Source: Zygnema circumcarinatum SAG 698-1b (taxonomy: Eukaryota > Plantae > Zygnematophyceae). From it: a DNA stretch of 64,000 bases. Location: contig CM074809.1 in NCBI GenBank assembly GCA_037447605.1, positions 1,788,689-1,852,688 on the forward strand, read 5' to 3'. Under the pieces are notes generated by a model, which saw nothing but the letters and a program-made list of their open reading frames with translations, was not told where the DNA came from and ran no database searches. Positions 36,901 through 53,100 of this stretch are shown here, in pieces; the stretch's first letter is position 1; each line of letters starts with the position of its first letter. The translations under genes were made by a program, and so were the position numbers.

Positions 36901-39771
36901 GGATTTATTGCTGTTCAAACGTGACATCCAAATGGTCTGAAAATGAACAAATTATGGAGGGGTGCTGTTTTGGGGTTGTGGGGTTGGGCTGGGGGAGCGC
37001 GAGGGAGGGTGTTGGGTGGGTGGATGGGAAAGAGATGCAGATCCTGAAAAGCCGAAGAATGACAAAGCCACCATCCTGGGGGACAGTGTGCAGATGGTCC
37101 ATGATCTCCGCAGTTCGGTGAAGCGTCTCAAAACAGAACACGCAGTGCTTCTTGACGAGCAGAGAGAGGTGGGTCTGAACTTAGATTTTTTTGCTTTCGT
37201 GGATGAGGTGCAACTTGACGAGGAGAAAGGGATTGAAGCGTCGATGCGGGCTTTGAAATGGTTCGAGGGACTGAGCTCAGTCAAACAAACAGGGCAGAGA
37301 TTGAGTGAACGAAGGATTTAAATTAGTAAGAGTTATGAAATTCAACGAATCCTTTGCACAAGTCAAACTTCCTTGAAGAAAATGCGCTGGTGAGATACTT
37401 TTTGTCCCTATTGTGCTGCGATCTACTAACTTGCCTTCTGGTCGGGGTTTGTCCACGATTGCAGTTGACTAATGAGAAGGCGGAACTTCGGCAGGAGAAA
37501 ATGGCTTTGAAGATGGAGACTGATCAGTTGCAAATTCAGCTACAAGAGTGTCTGCGTGCAATGCTGCCATGGTTGTCATCCAGCGGCGCATTTCCTGCCC
37601 CGACACTCCATCCTCCCGCTCCTTCAGCCACTTCCCCGCCCACTTCTTCACCTTCTGCTGCAATGGCACTCCCTGCAGGCTGCGCCCCAAGTTTCTCCAG
37701 CCATTGGTCGTCTCCACATTCACAGCCGCAGCCGACACAACCTGAACAAGAGGAACATGTGAGATCCCTAAAATCTGAAAGTGGAAAAGGGGAAGCTAGT
37801 CATCAGAGCTCGGAAAAGCATCGTATTGAGAACGATCGGGACGTCTCCATTTCGCCAGGGCATCTCGCACAGGCCTCCTCTCAAATCCATTCTGGTTCGC
37901 ATTTGGAATGTCCAAGCAATCAACTACCTTCTCAATTTCCTCTGAAAGCCCCGTTATCCCTGTCTCTAAGTCAATCCTCATGTGCAGTTGACCAACCTGC
38001 AGCTTCCCTTACTCCAATTCATCATCCTCAACATCCATTTCAATCTTATCACCTTCACCCTCAACAACAACTTTACCCTCAAATTCACCATCATACTCAC
38101 TCCCCAGCTCATCCGCATGGTTTCTCGCACCCTCCTACTTCCTCTCACACTCACCCTCATCCTCATGCTCATCCCCACTATCCGACTCAACCTCAGCCAT
38201 GTCCCTCATCTCCCACCAAATCCTCAGCACCTATTGCAGAGCCCTCACAGCTTCCATCATCTTCTCAATCTCCTCCGACACATGGCCACGCTCTCCACGC
38301 TCCACTACCGCTTCATCCTCACCATCCCCAAATCACATATTCCTCTCTCACCAGGCAGCACGTTCCTTCTTCTTACGTTCCCATACCCTCTGGTCCTGTT
38401 CTCTCTATACACCCTCTTTTGGGATCATACCAAGCCATTGTTAGCCTGCCCCATGCACCTGCCAGTGTCCCCCACCCAGATAGCTCTCCTTGTCTCAATC
38501 AAAGTCCATACGCACAGCAGCCGCCTGTCTCGTACCACTCCGCCCCTGACCACCAACCCCCCTCATCTTCCACTTCCCAGCAGCCGCCTCCAAGCCGACC
38601 CTATCCTCAGTATGCGGCCCCTCAGCCTTCTCCCACCTTCCTCATGCCAATGCAAATGGTTCAGTCCTCGCGTTCTCCTCCAGCCCATCTTGGAGGTGGC
38701 CAGGCAGTCTATGCTCCCTACTCTGGGAGCCCCCCTGCGTACGCCTACGCACATGGGCCAGGAAGTCCGATGCCAAGTCAGCAGGGGGCTCTAAATTATT
38801 CTGCGATGTATCAGTTGCCGGGGCAGCTGCAGTTGGCAGGGCATGTGGCTATGCCATCACAGCTGTCACCAGTGCATCCCTCTCTCCAGCTGCAAATGGC
38901 TGCTCCTTCAGGGATGCCGCAGATGGCGGCTGTGCCTCATTGGCTATACCAGACAGCGACTCAGCAGCCACGAATGCCTATCGCAGTGCCATCCGCTGAG
39001 TTCATGCAAACTCGAGAGGCAGCCAACCAGGTGAGCCTATTCACAGCAAAGAGAGAGCGATGGTCATGCCTTTTGCCGTTGCTGCCGTGTTGTTGCGTAG
39101 GTCAATGGGTCTGTCATAAAGCATTAGTCATTTACTCCTTCGCTAAATGCGAGTGGATTGACCCTGCAAGTCCTCTCAATGTGAAGTAATTACAAGGTGA
39201 GTGAAACTTTGCTCTGTTGAGGATGTTCTCGGCATGGCCTTGCTTCCTGTTCCTAATTGTCAGCTTCAATGGGGTTTGGTGGTAGTTGATTGGGGTTTCT
39301 GAATTTCATCAATCAAATACCAGGACGGGTTGGTCTATAACTGTCCTGAGTTCCCACCGAAAACAACCTTATCATTTAGTGTCTCCTATCCAATACAATA
39401 TCTAGATATCTGGCCAGAATCTGGTCTGGTGTTGTCTGCGCAGATAATGCAAGTCATGGATCCTGAATCGACTATGTCAAGGCGCGTTTTGAATTGTCTC
39501 TCTACAGAACCTCAGCTCTGGACAAGAAAACGAACCGGTGGCAAGCAGAGAACATCACTGTGGATGTTCAGGAGGAGGGGGGCCTGCTCCGTCCTCTGAA
39601 TCGGCTCCGTCCCCAGCAATGTTTTCTCTCGCACCCCCAAACCAAAGAGTGGCACGGAACAGTAGTGAAGGAAGCAGCGGGAATTCAGGGAAGGCATCAC
39701 CGGCAGGAGAGGCGTCTCACGAGCGGGTAATTTTGCACCACGATCCGACAATCAGACCTCCCGCTGCATAG
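33995..39771 (+). CDS. bHLH-ZIP transcription factor, subgroup IVb (bHLH121/URI, bHLH11, POPEYE family), with a long P/H/Q/S-rich region and predicted C-terminal RPPAA
   Basis: Exons ~36201/36206-36374, 37041-37168, 37465-39030 and 39508-39771. They give RKVHKADREKLRRDRLNEHFIELAEVL-DPEKPKNDKATILGDSVQMVHDL...ELTNEKAELRQEK...RAMLPW, which is IVb-diagnostic. The first exon 33995-34324 is plausible but less certain, and extra 5' exons are possible. Confidence 0.9.
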
Positions 39772-41856
39772 CCAAGTAGACCGATCTCTTCTGTTGCTTT
39801 ATGGAGCATTGTAAGTAGAGTCCGCCCAGCACCTTCTGCAAAGCAGATTGGCGGACTATCTCTTATGTAGATATACGTACTTCGAATATAGTTGTTAGGC
39901 ACAGCCAATGCAAAGCATTGTTTTCTTTTTGTAGGTTCCCATGAAGCCCCGCACACGTACATGTGAAAAAGTGTCAAGAGCGTTAGGTTTGCAGGAAAGT
40001 AGTGACATTTATTTGCCAAAAGCTTCGCCGCAAGGTGTCGCTGAAATTTGTCTTGTTGCTGGGAAGCTCGTGGGATCGCACGGGTGAGGCATCGAATGAT
40101 GCTTGAAACAAAGGTTGATATTGCTTAGAGGTCTCTGAGCAGGCACAGAGATCAGCTCGTATTGGTCCAATCAGAACTAAAAAATTCTTCCTTGATGTCC
40201 ACATAGTCCTATTTCGCCAACCCTTTAGCTTTGGCATTTCAGGTGAGTCAGACAGAGGGTTAATAAGTCAAGTCAGTATGCTTTAATGTATTTCAGACTA
40301 TTCTTAAGTAGGAAAACATTTTTTGCTTCCCAAGGTATGGGCGTGCTGCCAATAATAAAGTCATTCTGAGGTAATATTTAAATCCACTGATGGCCTGGAA
40401 ACTTTCCCCGGCAGGAACAATCACTGCGTGAATTTTAACTGGAAAGATATGTGCCATGCACAGTTGCCACTACAGTTTTTAAAAGCTAATAAAGTCGACT
40501 TCCATCTATCAGCGAAGACAGATAGTCGTGATGGTTGCCACCGCAGTTAACCTCGGTAAAGCAATTTTCCAATGAAAGTTTCCCGTCGTATAATTTTCCT
40601 CTGTCAGAAGAGTAGGGAGAAGAAGCAATGGCCAGCGGCAGCCCTAATTCGCAAAATCTGTCCAACTTAACAGAATAACTTCGGTTACTTCACCTATAAC
40701 TCGTCAAATTTCGCCAGTTTAGTGCGTATGAGGTGTGAGTGTGGCCCACAGAAATTGTTGTTTGACCAAACTGCCAGTGTGGGCGCAACACTGTGGGCCG
40801 TTTATATCTGACAACTGCCAGGAATGAAATAAAGCGACAATGTGGCACAACAACGCTTCCAATTTTCTGACTTTATCGAGTCTAGAGCTTTGGCCCTCGA
40901 GCAATTTCGCGATGAACATGCTTCACAAGACCGGTTTTGTTACCTGGTGTAGCACTTTTTGCCCTCTGAGCCTTGAAAAATTGAAATCGCTGCGTTTTGC
41001 TATGAAAGCAGATTTTTTTCTTTATGGCTTCTTTCTTTAAAAAAAAAAAAAAAAAGGGTGGTAACAAGGATCTTTGTTTCATTCTAGGAACCTTAGAAGC
41101 CGGTTAACAAAAGCCAAGCAATGGAGGCTGGGGAGAGGGAAATGCGTTGGAATTGGAGCCTGGAAAAGACGTGATGGGTGGAGTAGGGAGAAAGACGGGG
41201 ACTCTAAGAAGGGAGAGAGTAAAAGGGACTGCTGGGCTGGTCTCTCTCTCTCGATCTGACAGCCAGTCAGCGAGCGAGTCTGTTACCTTGATTCCCACAC
41301 TCGCCAAAAGAGTCAAACAGGATTCAGGGAGAACTAAACGATCATTTTCGTCAAAAATTCCAAAATTTACAGTAAGCCAAAATGCCCCGGGACGAAAAAC
41401 TTTAGGGATACAACGGAAAGACATAGAAATTAAAAAACAAAAAAGAAATTTAAAGGGCGCGAAACTGCGGTAGGTGAAGGGGCGGCCCATCCCCTCCCTT
41501 TCTGCCTCCAGCGTCTGCTGCTGCAGGGCAGGGCAGGCAGCAGGCCATGGCGGAGTCAGCGCCATTGTTTTTATTATTTGAAGAGCACAACACAGAAATG
41601 TACATTCCAAAAGGTTGCAGAAAGATTGCCTTCTATTTGAGTCTGACCGTAATTGGACTGACTTCTTCGACATTTGTCCTCGATGGACCAAAAAGGTGAT
41701 ACAACCCAGCATTGGATCGTCCTATAAACAATCACAATAATGGCCCCTGAAGCCCTCCCTCACAGGACCATCTGCGGCACACGCCAAGCCTTGGCGCTTT
41801 TCTCTCATCCCCTCCTTCCCACTCTCGTTCTTTCTCCCGTTGACCTATTCCTCGAA

Positions 41857-44628
41857 TCAATCTAAGTCTTCCTCCTCCGCAAATGGCTCCCTCTCCCTCT
41901 CCCTCTCCCTCTCTTGTCTGGCAAGAAGTTTCATAGACAGCATGGCGGAGGTTAACGGCTCCACGCCATCGGGCAACAACTCGCTTACAAGGATTTTCAA
42001 ATGAGGAAACTCGCGCGACAAACTGGTAGCAATATTGTTCGCATGTCTTTGCATGCGCTCATCAGAACTCTCAGGTCGAAGCTCCACAAAAGAGAGCAAA
42101 GGCGCCATCCGAATAAGTCGTTTGAGCTCTCCCATAGAAGGTAGAATATGAGCGAACAGTACCTCCCTCATAGATGGGAAATCAGTTATGCTCTCAGCGT
42201 CTTGAACTTTTGCACGATCAAATACTCCTCTGTTCGAAAGAAAAGAGCAACACGCCATTAGTCAACATGACCAACCAAAAAGCGTACCAGTCTTTCAAGC
42301 TGTGATTCAAGCTTAGGTCAGAGGCCAAAATAACAATAGGGTTTCATCATATCAGAGTATGCAGAGGGAATAGTTTCATTTACAGAACAGGACTGGAAAA
42401 GAGCATCAGGTAGACTCGCGAGAGCAACAGAGGACACGGAGAAAGAAATAGACAGTCGCTCGTGCCAAGAAAGCGTGTAGCACTTAATTCCCAGATAGAA
42501 GAAAAATAACGAATGCCAGGTATATTATCTATACTGCCTGCCGAAGTACAAACCACAAACGATTGGAGCAAGTATGTTCAAGAACAGCTGCCCTTATCCC
42601 CACACCTTCGCTCCTCTCGTTAGTTCAAGAGGAGCTTCAATTACTGCAAACTACTGAAGAAACACGAAATACGTAGGAGCCTAGTTCCAGGACTTTTCCA
42701 ATTGTAGTGTTGCCAAGGAAACGTCGTGCACAATGTAACTGTACTCTCCAATCGACTAGTTAAGACTCTGATAGAAAAAGGAATAGAGTTTGCACACCTT
42801 TTGTAACCATGGAGGCCTAACCGTTCCAAGCGTTTGCAATCTTCCAGACCGAAAAGGCCATTCTCTGTCATGTTGTGCGCATTGATTTCAAGTGTTTGCA
42901 GATTTGGCCATTTCTTAGCAATCTGCCAAAGTGTGACATCGCTCAACGCGTGCAATGGACCCCCCTCCTTCACAAAACAGCGAAAATGAAGAATCCTTGG
43001 GCATGCTCGCATGAAGGCCGCAACCTGGTCAATTCCAGACTAAATCAGTAAGAGCGGGAAATGCTCCCATATTGCGAGAATGTTTTTCAATTTTGAATAA
43101 CTACTCCAGCGAGAGATCACCATCAAACATTGGTATTTCCTTGAAAATAAAAACTCCAACATAACATCCAAATCAAACTTCAACTCTTGTAGGACAAAAA
43201 TTGGCAGTTCCCAAACAGTAAGCCTTCCCACTTGGTGTCCTTGGAGCCCACTGTACTTACTGCAGAATCCGTTGCAAAGTAATTCGTGGCCGACAATTCA
43301 AAGTCCTCCAACAACGGGCACAAAGTTCCGATTTTTGTGAGCAGCAAATCTGTAAAAGGCAGTTGGGAAACGAATTGCAATCGCAAGGTCCGCAAGCTCG
43401 CTTTTCCGCACTTTTCCAGCAATCTTTCCAGACCATAATGCATCCACGGATTAGGTCGATCCTGTGATCACAAAAGAACCAGCCTTCAATAAGTCGGTGC
43501 TAAAGAACAGGTTGGAGAAGGAATGCAAACATGAAATAACAGAGGAACATCCATCGACTATTCCATGTCCAGGTGACATAAAAATACCAGTTCCCATCAC
43601 ATTTCGTTAAACTCTCTATCAAAGATGCTTTGTTGAGGTTTTGGCGCAAGAAAACTAGGTCACGGAAAACTGCTTGCCATGCTATATGCTTAGGTAAAAA
43701 GTCATTCAACATTAAAAGGGGAGTAGGTGTGCGACCTTGTCGGAGATAGAAGGAATCTTTTTTGATTTGTACTTTTTTTATACTTTTTTGTACGTTTTTA
43801 TACTTTTTGAATAAAAGTGATATAAATATGAGGGAGGTCCACTACGGCCTCGCGACAAATACTTTAGAGATGCAGGCATCAGAATACGTTTAGCTAAAGC
43901 ATAGGTTTCTTCTCTTGGCATTCGTGGAGGCTATTGCCCTTTTCCCGCAAAGAAACGCAACAGACGCAAACGGCAGTGAAAAAACAAGACTGTCGGAGTC
44001 GCTTTTGCAAAGCAAAACGTTCGTGTATCTCAAACGGCCTGCCGGAAGAGATGTTGCTGATGTGCAATGAAGACCCTATCCAGATTTAGAATTGGAAGTA
44101 TGATTCCGTTCAGCGGAGTGGATTGTGAAGATACTCTTAAAGGAGTTATAGGAACATAAGAGAGTCAAAACTAGGGAGACACCGGGCTTCCTTGTCACCC
44201 TGACGAAGCCTCCAACATTCTATCCTTGAATAAAGAGCACGAAATTCAAGCCAAACAGCTGTCAGAAGCAAGAATACGAGGCTTGAAACAGGCTTGAGCA
44301 CTGCTTGCCTTCAATTCCACATAACTGAAAAGACACTGCCCTAAAGTGTTCTTACAAGAACGTTGAGACCCCGCAGGATGAGCTCCTCCGAGGCAACGCA
44401 TCGTCCCGCTATTGCTTCCAAGCCGACTCCGTACACGTTATTTCTTGGATGGCAGGTCATCTCTACTTTGACCCACAATTTGCGCGAGTAGCATGCAGCC
44501 TTCATCCTCCTGCTCAAGGTCGCCCACATGCATAGCTCGTAAACTGTCGGATTGGCTCTTGTAACAACCTCTGTCAACAGGTCCAGAGAGAGGTCGCCAA
44601 AGCTAGCTTCTCCTCCATGCTCGGCCAT
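41857..44628 (-). CDS. F-box/LRR-repeat protein
   Basis: N-terminal F-box-like FGDLSLDLLTEVVTR...LSRRMKAACYSRKLW. LRR-like exons at ~43443-43250 (LRTLRLQF...LLLTKIGTLCPLLEDFEL), ~43040-42750 (LWQIAKKWPNLQTLEI...CKRLERLGL) and 42230-41857. Internal boundaries are approximate. Confidence 0.8.
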
Positions 44629-44826
44629 GAAATACTGCTGCCTTTCCAGTGCCCTGCCTGCCTGCCTGCCCGCCCTTCCGCTGCCTCTCTCGCTAGGTCC
44701 CCTCCTCTGCCTTCAGACTCGCAGCTCCTCTCCCTCTCTCCCCGCGGGGCGCACTCAACGAGGAAGTGGGGCTCTCGTAGGCTTCTGCGGTCTACGTGGC
44801 AGCTCCGTTGAGTAGGTCGGCGCGCA

Positions 44827-44860
44827 CGCGTGCCACGTGGCGGCTTGACGTTGGCACGTG
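44827..44860. promoter_or_regulatory. CE3-like/G-box cluster ~200 bp upstream of the F-box gene
   Basis: CACGCGTGCCACGTGGC followed by TGACGT and CACGTG within 35 bp. Confidence 0.5.
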
Positions 44861-45469
44861 TGGGGACGAAGGGAGGGAGAGGGGGGGAGGGGCTGGCTGT
44901 GTGCATTCGGTGACCCGCCATGGAGGGAGGGAGGGAGGGAGGGGCTCAGTGACGAGGGCGTGAGAGGGCGGCCGGATGCATGCGTTGGTTCAACGAAGGA
45001 GGGAAGGAAGGCGAGTTTGGGGGGACACGCTTTGCTTTGGCGCTCTGTGGAGAGGGAGGGAGGCGGAGCTGCCTGTCCCTGGTCGCTGGGCTCGCCTTCG
45101 CTGCGGGGTGATGGTGGCAGGATGTGCTTCCCACAACGGCTTTAAGTTCTTTAAAATGGGCGCCTCACAGTGCGCTTGTTGGATGCCATGCCTCCAATGA
45201 AAGCATCCTTGTGAGAAAACGAGATAATTTGAGACTGAGACCTGCACATTGATCGAGGGGTGATGGGGGGAGGGGAGAATCCGATGCATTGCATCCGTCA
45301 CCCCTCCCAGCGGGGCTTTATCTTTGGACTCCCTGCGGTGTTCGCCCTGCTTTCCTGGCAGAGTGCTGCAAAGCCTCGATGCAGTACAGCATGACGAGGC
45401 AGTCTAGCTCCTCGTGGTTCACATGTTTATGGGGAAAAAGGATCATGACACCCTAAAGTTTACATTCCA

Positions 45470-48830
<3,361 letters not shown>

Positions 48831-49039
48831 AGCCGGACCGCCGCCTTCCCGCCCTTTGATGAGCGGGCCGGCCGCCGTAATTTGCAAGAAGCGGAACCCT
48901 AAAGACTGACTAGAGAGGTCTGCTTCCTGCATGCGCTGGGCCCGGGCTGCTCAGCTCCTGCGCTGCTACGGCTGCCGCTCTCCCAGCAGCACTGCAAGGG
49001 ACTCAGTTCCAAGAGGTGCAGCTTCACACCGCTTTTTGG

Positions 49040-49190
49040 AGGCGGAGCTTTCCGCTCGTAGCTTTTTCTTTTGTCCTCAGGTCCTTTGCGGCCAGTCCCT
49101 CGTGGTTTCCCATGCTGACTTCGTCCATGTTCATTTTTTTTACATTTTTTTTTTTTGTTTTGGCATCATCGCCATCGTGAGATCAATGCC
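49040..49190 (+). repeat. Copy of the ~160-bp retroelement-3'-end repeat, upstream of TRM61
   Basis: GGTCCTTTGCGGCCAGTCCCTCGTGGTTTCCCATGC...GTCCATGT...GCCATCGTGAGATCAATGCC matches 31936-32098. Confidence 0.8.
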
Positions 49191-50182
49191 ACTTCCATCC
49201 TACCTTTGTAGACAGCTCTTGTGAATCCGATCTGCAGATCAAGCCACTCCAATCGACCCACCTCAACCAGCAGTTTTTTTCACATGAGTGTGAGGGTGAG
49301 TTGGGTTGGGTGAGGGGTTTCAATCTTGGTATTCTCGTCATGCAAATGGAGTCACAATTCGCAACTGCAAGGGCGGTGGATCTTCTCTGCAAAAAAGGAC
49401 ACGTTTCATTCCCTTCCCGAAGGGTTTTGTCCAAGATTGAGCACGTGCTTGCAAGAAATCGAAAGAAATTGCAAATTGAGGAATGTTGGAAATGGCTACT
49501 TGCGCGGATTATTTACCCAGCCAAAACAAAAGTGCACGTGGGAGCATACAGAAGATAAAGAGGATCGTCAATAAAGCACAAGAAGGACATTCAGGCCAAA
49601 CCCGCCTCACTGCCTCCCTCAAAAGCAATGTGTCAACGAACACAACACACGGAATTGGAGAGTATTTTACTTTTTTCTTCCTGCTTTGGTTCACTCACAA
49701 CCAATTTCCTCATCTAGCCTCCAAATTCATCCAAAGTGGCAAACATGGCGTTCCGCCATAAAAAAATGTTGCACAAAAAGATCTGCCGAGCGACTGGATA
49801 CCCTACATTCTGCCGACCTCTGCCACGAGTTTCTACACGCTGAGTAGCTCTACCTAGGAGGAGCCTGTAGCCGGAAGTCCCCAAATTCTGGAGCTTGTGC
49901 TTGCAAGCGATAGCCTGTATTTACAGCGGAGTGGGATCTAACCTACTTCCTGCTTTTGCCACTATATTCAGAGCTGAGGCTTACTCCACCCAGTCTCTGC
50001 CCCATACAGCTTTACATTTGAAGCAGTACAACAAATCAAAACGGTCCCATCCGATCTGATGTTTGCGAGTAGAAACACCATTCAGCCCCCCTTCCCAGGA
50101 TAATGGATGCACAACATGGTGGCAGTTTTCAGCTCTTGAGTTTCCAGGAACTTCTTGAACTGACATGCCATCCCAAGAAACA

Positions 50183-53100
50183 TCACTTGACGTTTTGTAT
50201 CCCTGTACTTGAAGATACATTCTCGTCCTCCTCCTCCTCATCGGAGCTGCTCCCGGAGTGCTTGGCATCCGCTGCAGCCTCGTCCAAGGCCGTCTCCACA
50301 TCATGGCTCTCTGCATGCATTGGTTCCAAGGCAAGCGCCCGCACCTGCTCCAGTTGTCTCGCCACATCGAGCCTATCTGCAGAAAATGAACTCGGAATCT
50401 GCAGAAAATATATCACAGAAGGTAATGTGAATGTGCCATAAAAACATCCCTCTAGTCCCATTGACATATAAGCCCACTGGTCGGAGCTCCATCACAACAG
50501 CCTAACTTTATGTCATAAAAGTATGTAGACGATTGTAACTTCATCATCACATTAAGAAAAGGCAATGGTGTCTTCTTAAACAGTCAACAAAAACGCTGAT
50601 GAAAAAAAAAGCATAGCTTGCGCAAGTTGCCATATAACTTTACACCACTCATCAAATAATTGGGAATACGCACCATCCCCGGAAACCACTTCTGGATAAT
50701 GTGGAGTATGGCGCCATGGCCAACAGGAGTTAGCTGCACACGTGGAACACAGCATCAGTTGTTGCTCTCAGTTGTGCTCAACTTAGTGAATGAACAACTC
50801 TCAATGGTTCTGGAACACGACGTTCCGTTCTTGCAAAACATTTTGTCAAGTTTTCCTTGAATCCAATCAAGCGATTGAATGGGATATGCAACCGAGAGCA
50901 GAGTTTCGACATTTCTCGAAGAATGCAGGCGCAGCTTGCAATAATGTCTTCTGCCCCCCCTAAAAGCGCATTCCAGTCTGGCATTGACGTCCAAAAACTA
51001 ACGAAAACCATGATAGCCATGATTCCGAACAGCAAATAACAAAGAAGGTGTCCCTGCTTCCAACAATACACTCTCAATGTTCCCCCTGTACCCTCATGTT
51101 CTTTCAGCGCTCCCTCCTCAAGAAACACGCCCACCCACTCATGGAAGAACAACAGACAAGACACAAAGCGCATCTTCTGTTCTCACCGGCAGCAGCATGA
51201 GGATGCCTATGGGAATCACAGCTGCCACATCCACAAAGGTTCGCTTCAAGATCTTTGTTTGCCGAAGAGTGAGACGCTGCCCCGCTGCCCAGCGCTGAAG
51301 CATTGCAAGGGCTGCGACCACATCGGTACTCAAAAGCTGTGTGCCCCTCCAAGCATCCTGACCACAAGCACAGCAGCAACTCAGTATAGAGCACTTCAAC
51401 CCAAAAATCGCCCTTCGTCCCTGAGTGGAATACATGGAGCTTCTTAGCATGGAAAATCTTGAGGAGTCGGAGCAGCTGTGACGTCATGCTTGGGAAGGTC
51501 TTGTCAGAATCCACACGCACATACGGACAAGGAAACACAGAAGGGTGGAAATGCCTGAGGAAGAAAGGCGAACATTCGTAAGCATGCAGAAGGCTCAAGC
51601 CTTACCGCACTTGACTCCTTGAGTGCCTCGACAGACTTGCTCAAGAAACCACCCTTCCGCTGTGGCAGTTCGACCATTTCCAGCCATTCTGACAACTCTG
51701 AGTCCCCTCCCGCTCTCTCCACAGCATCCTTTGGCCCTTCGCCTGCTCTCTGAGCGATCACTGTCAACACCTGCTCATTCCAAGCACATCGTGTAAGAAG
51801 CTAACAAACAAGATTGGAAACCGTTTTCTACCAAATCATATTTGCATGCTGTCATCTCGTCGTGTTGCTTTACCATCAATTCGTGACTTACAGAAAAAGG
51901 TGTTCCGCATCACCAAAAGGGGTAGTTTGCATGACCCAAACGCCTCTTCCCAGAATAACAGTAACTTATGACCGCTAAAGTCTGTCGCATTTTTCTTGCA
52001 TTCCAAAAACCACCCCTATGACCTGGCTTCAACATCCAAACCTGTTTCCAGCCCTAAATGCTTAAATGATACTCTCTCCATCAGGGGAGCACCTCTTCAT
52101 CATCTAATCCTTGTAGAAACCGGAAAAACCTTAAAGAAGAATAGGGCTCTGTTCATATATCAACGGCTCCAGTCAACGAGGGGGGGAGGTATGGAAATTG
52201 AGAACCTTTTACATGTGAGACACTTTCCAGAAGACTATTAAATGGAATTAAACGTGGCAAGTAACCAACGACCAAGCTGCTGGAAGGTCAGTGTATCATT
52301 CCAAAGGCCGGGCCAAGCTTCAATTCAAATCCAGAGGAGGTGGATCCAAAAGTTTACAGATGATGATGATGTGGGAGGGCAAGATTCGCAGAGAAAGAAG
52401 GCGGTATTTACATTGTTGTGCCACAATACTCTGATACTAAAGAATTCTAGTAACTTTAAAGCCATGAACCAACGTGTGTCATATGAAAAACAGTGCTTTC
52501 TTGTACATCCAAATGACGTTTCCTACACGAAAAGAACCCCTAATTTGTCTCTCACAATAAAGCAGAAGTCAGCCTGAGAATATCACCGCACCTTTCCGAG
52601 TGGTAGCTTGGCAATTGCCTCGGGCGCCTCCCGCTGCAAACGCGCTGCCATTTCTCCAAGGACTCCCTTCACTCCGTTCACCATCTCCTCCACCTCCTGC
52701 ACACCTTCCAGGACTTCTGCATCCCTGCCGTCCTCCTGTAATGCAGGTACGGAGCTCCCAAAAAAGTCACGCATACTTGCCACAAGCTGTTTCCTGGGCA
52801 AGAAGTCAAGGGCCTCCTCAGCCTCACCATAAGTTTCTATTGACTCAATGCAAAATGAATGGTGGGGTGAATTCCTGCACGAGAGTAGCATATGTTTTCT
52901 CCACAACCGACAAAGCACAGGTAGCAGAAAATTCAAGCAAAACATCAGAGTCCTCATCTTCAAGTGCTTCTTTTAGGACCATCACAACCCCACCCTCTCC
53001 GGAGCCATTGCTAGCAGTTTTACCTGTTCCTCGCCCTCTTCTTGTTGAAGCAATGCTTCCCATTCCCTTCGACTCCTCGTCCTCGCAGAACTTCGAAATC

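Noticed and set aside
41104-41712. ORFs of 202 aa (-) and 108 aa (+) downstream of the F-box gene
   Set aside because: No recognisable domain, GA/CT microsatellite-like composition and no supported splice partners.
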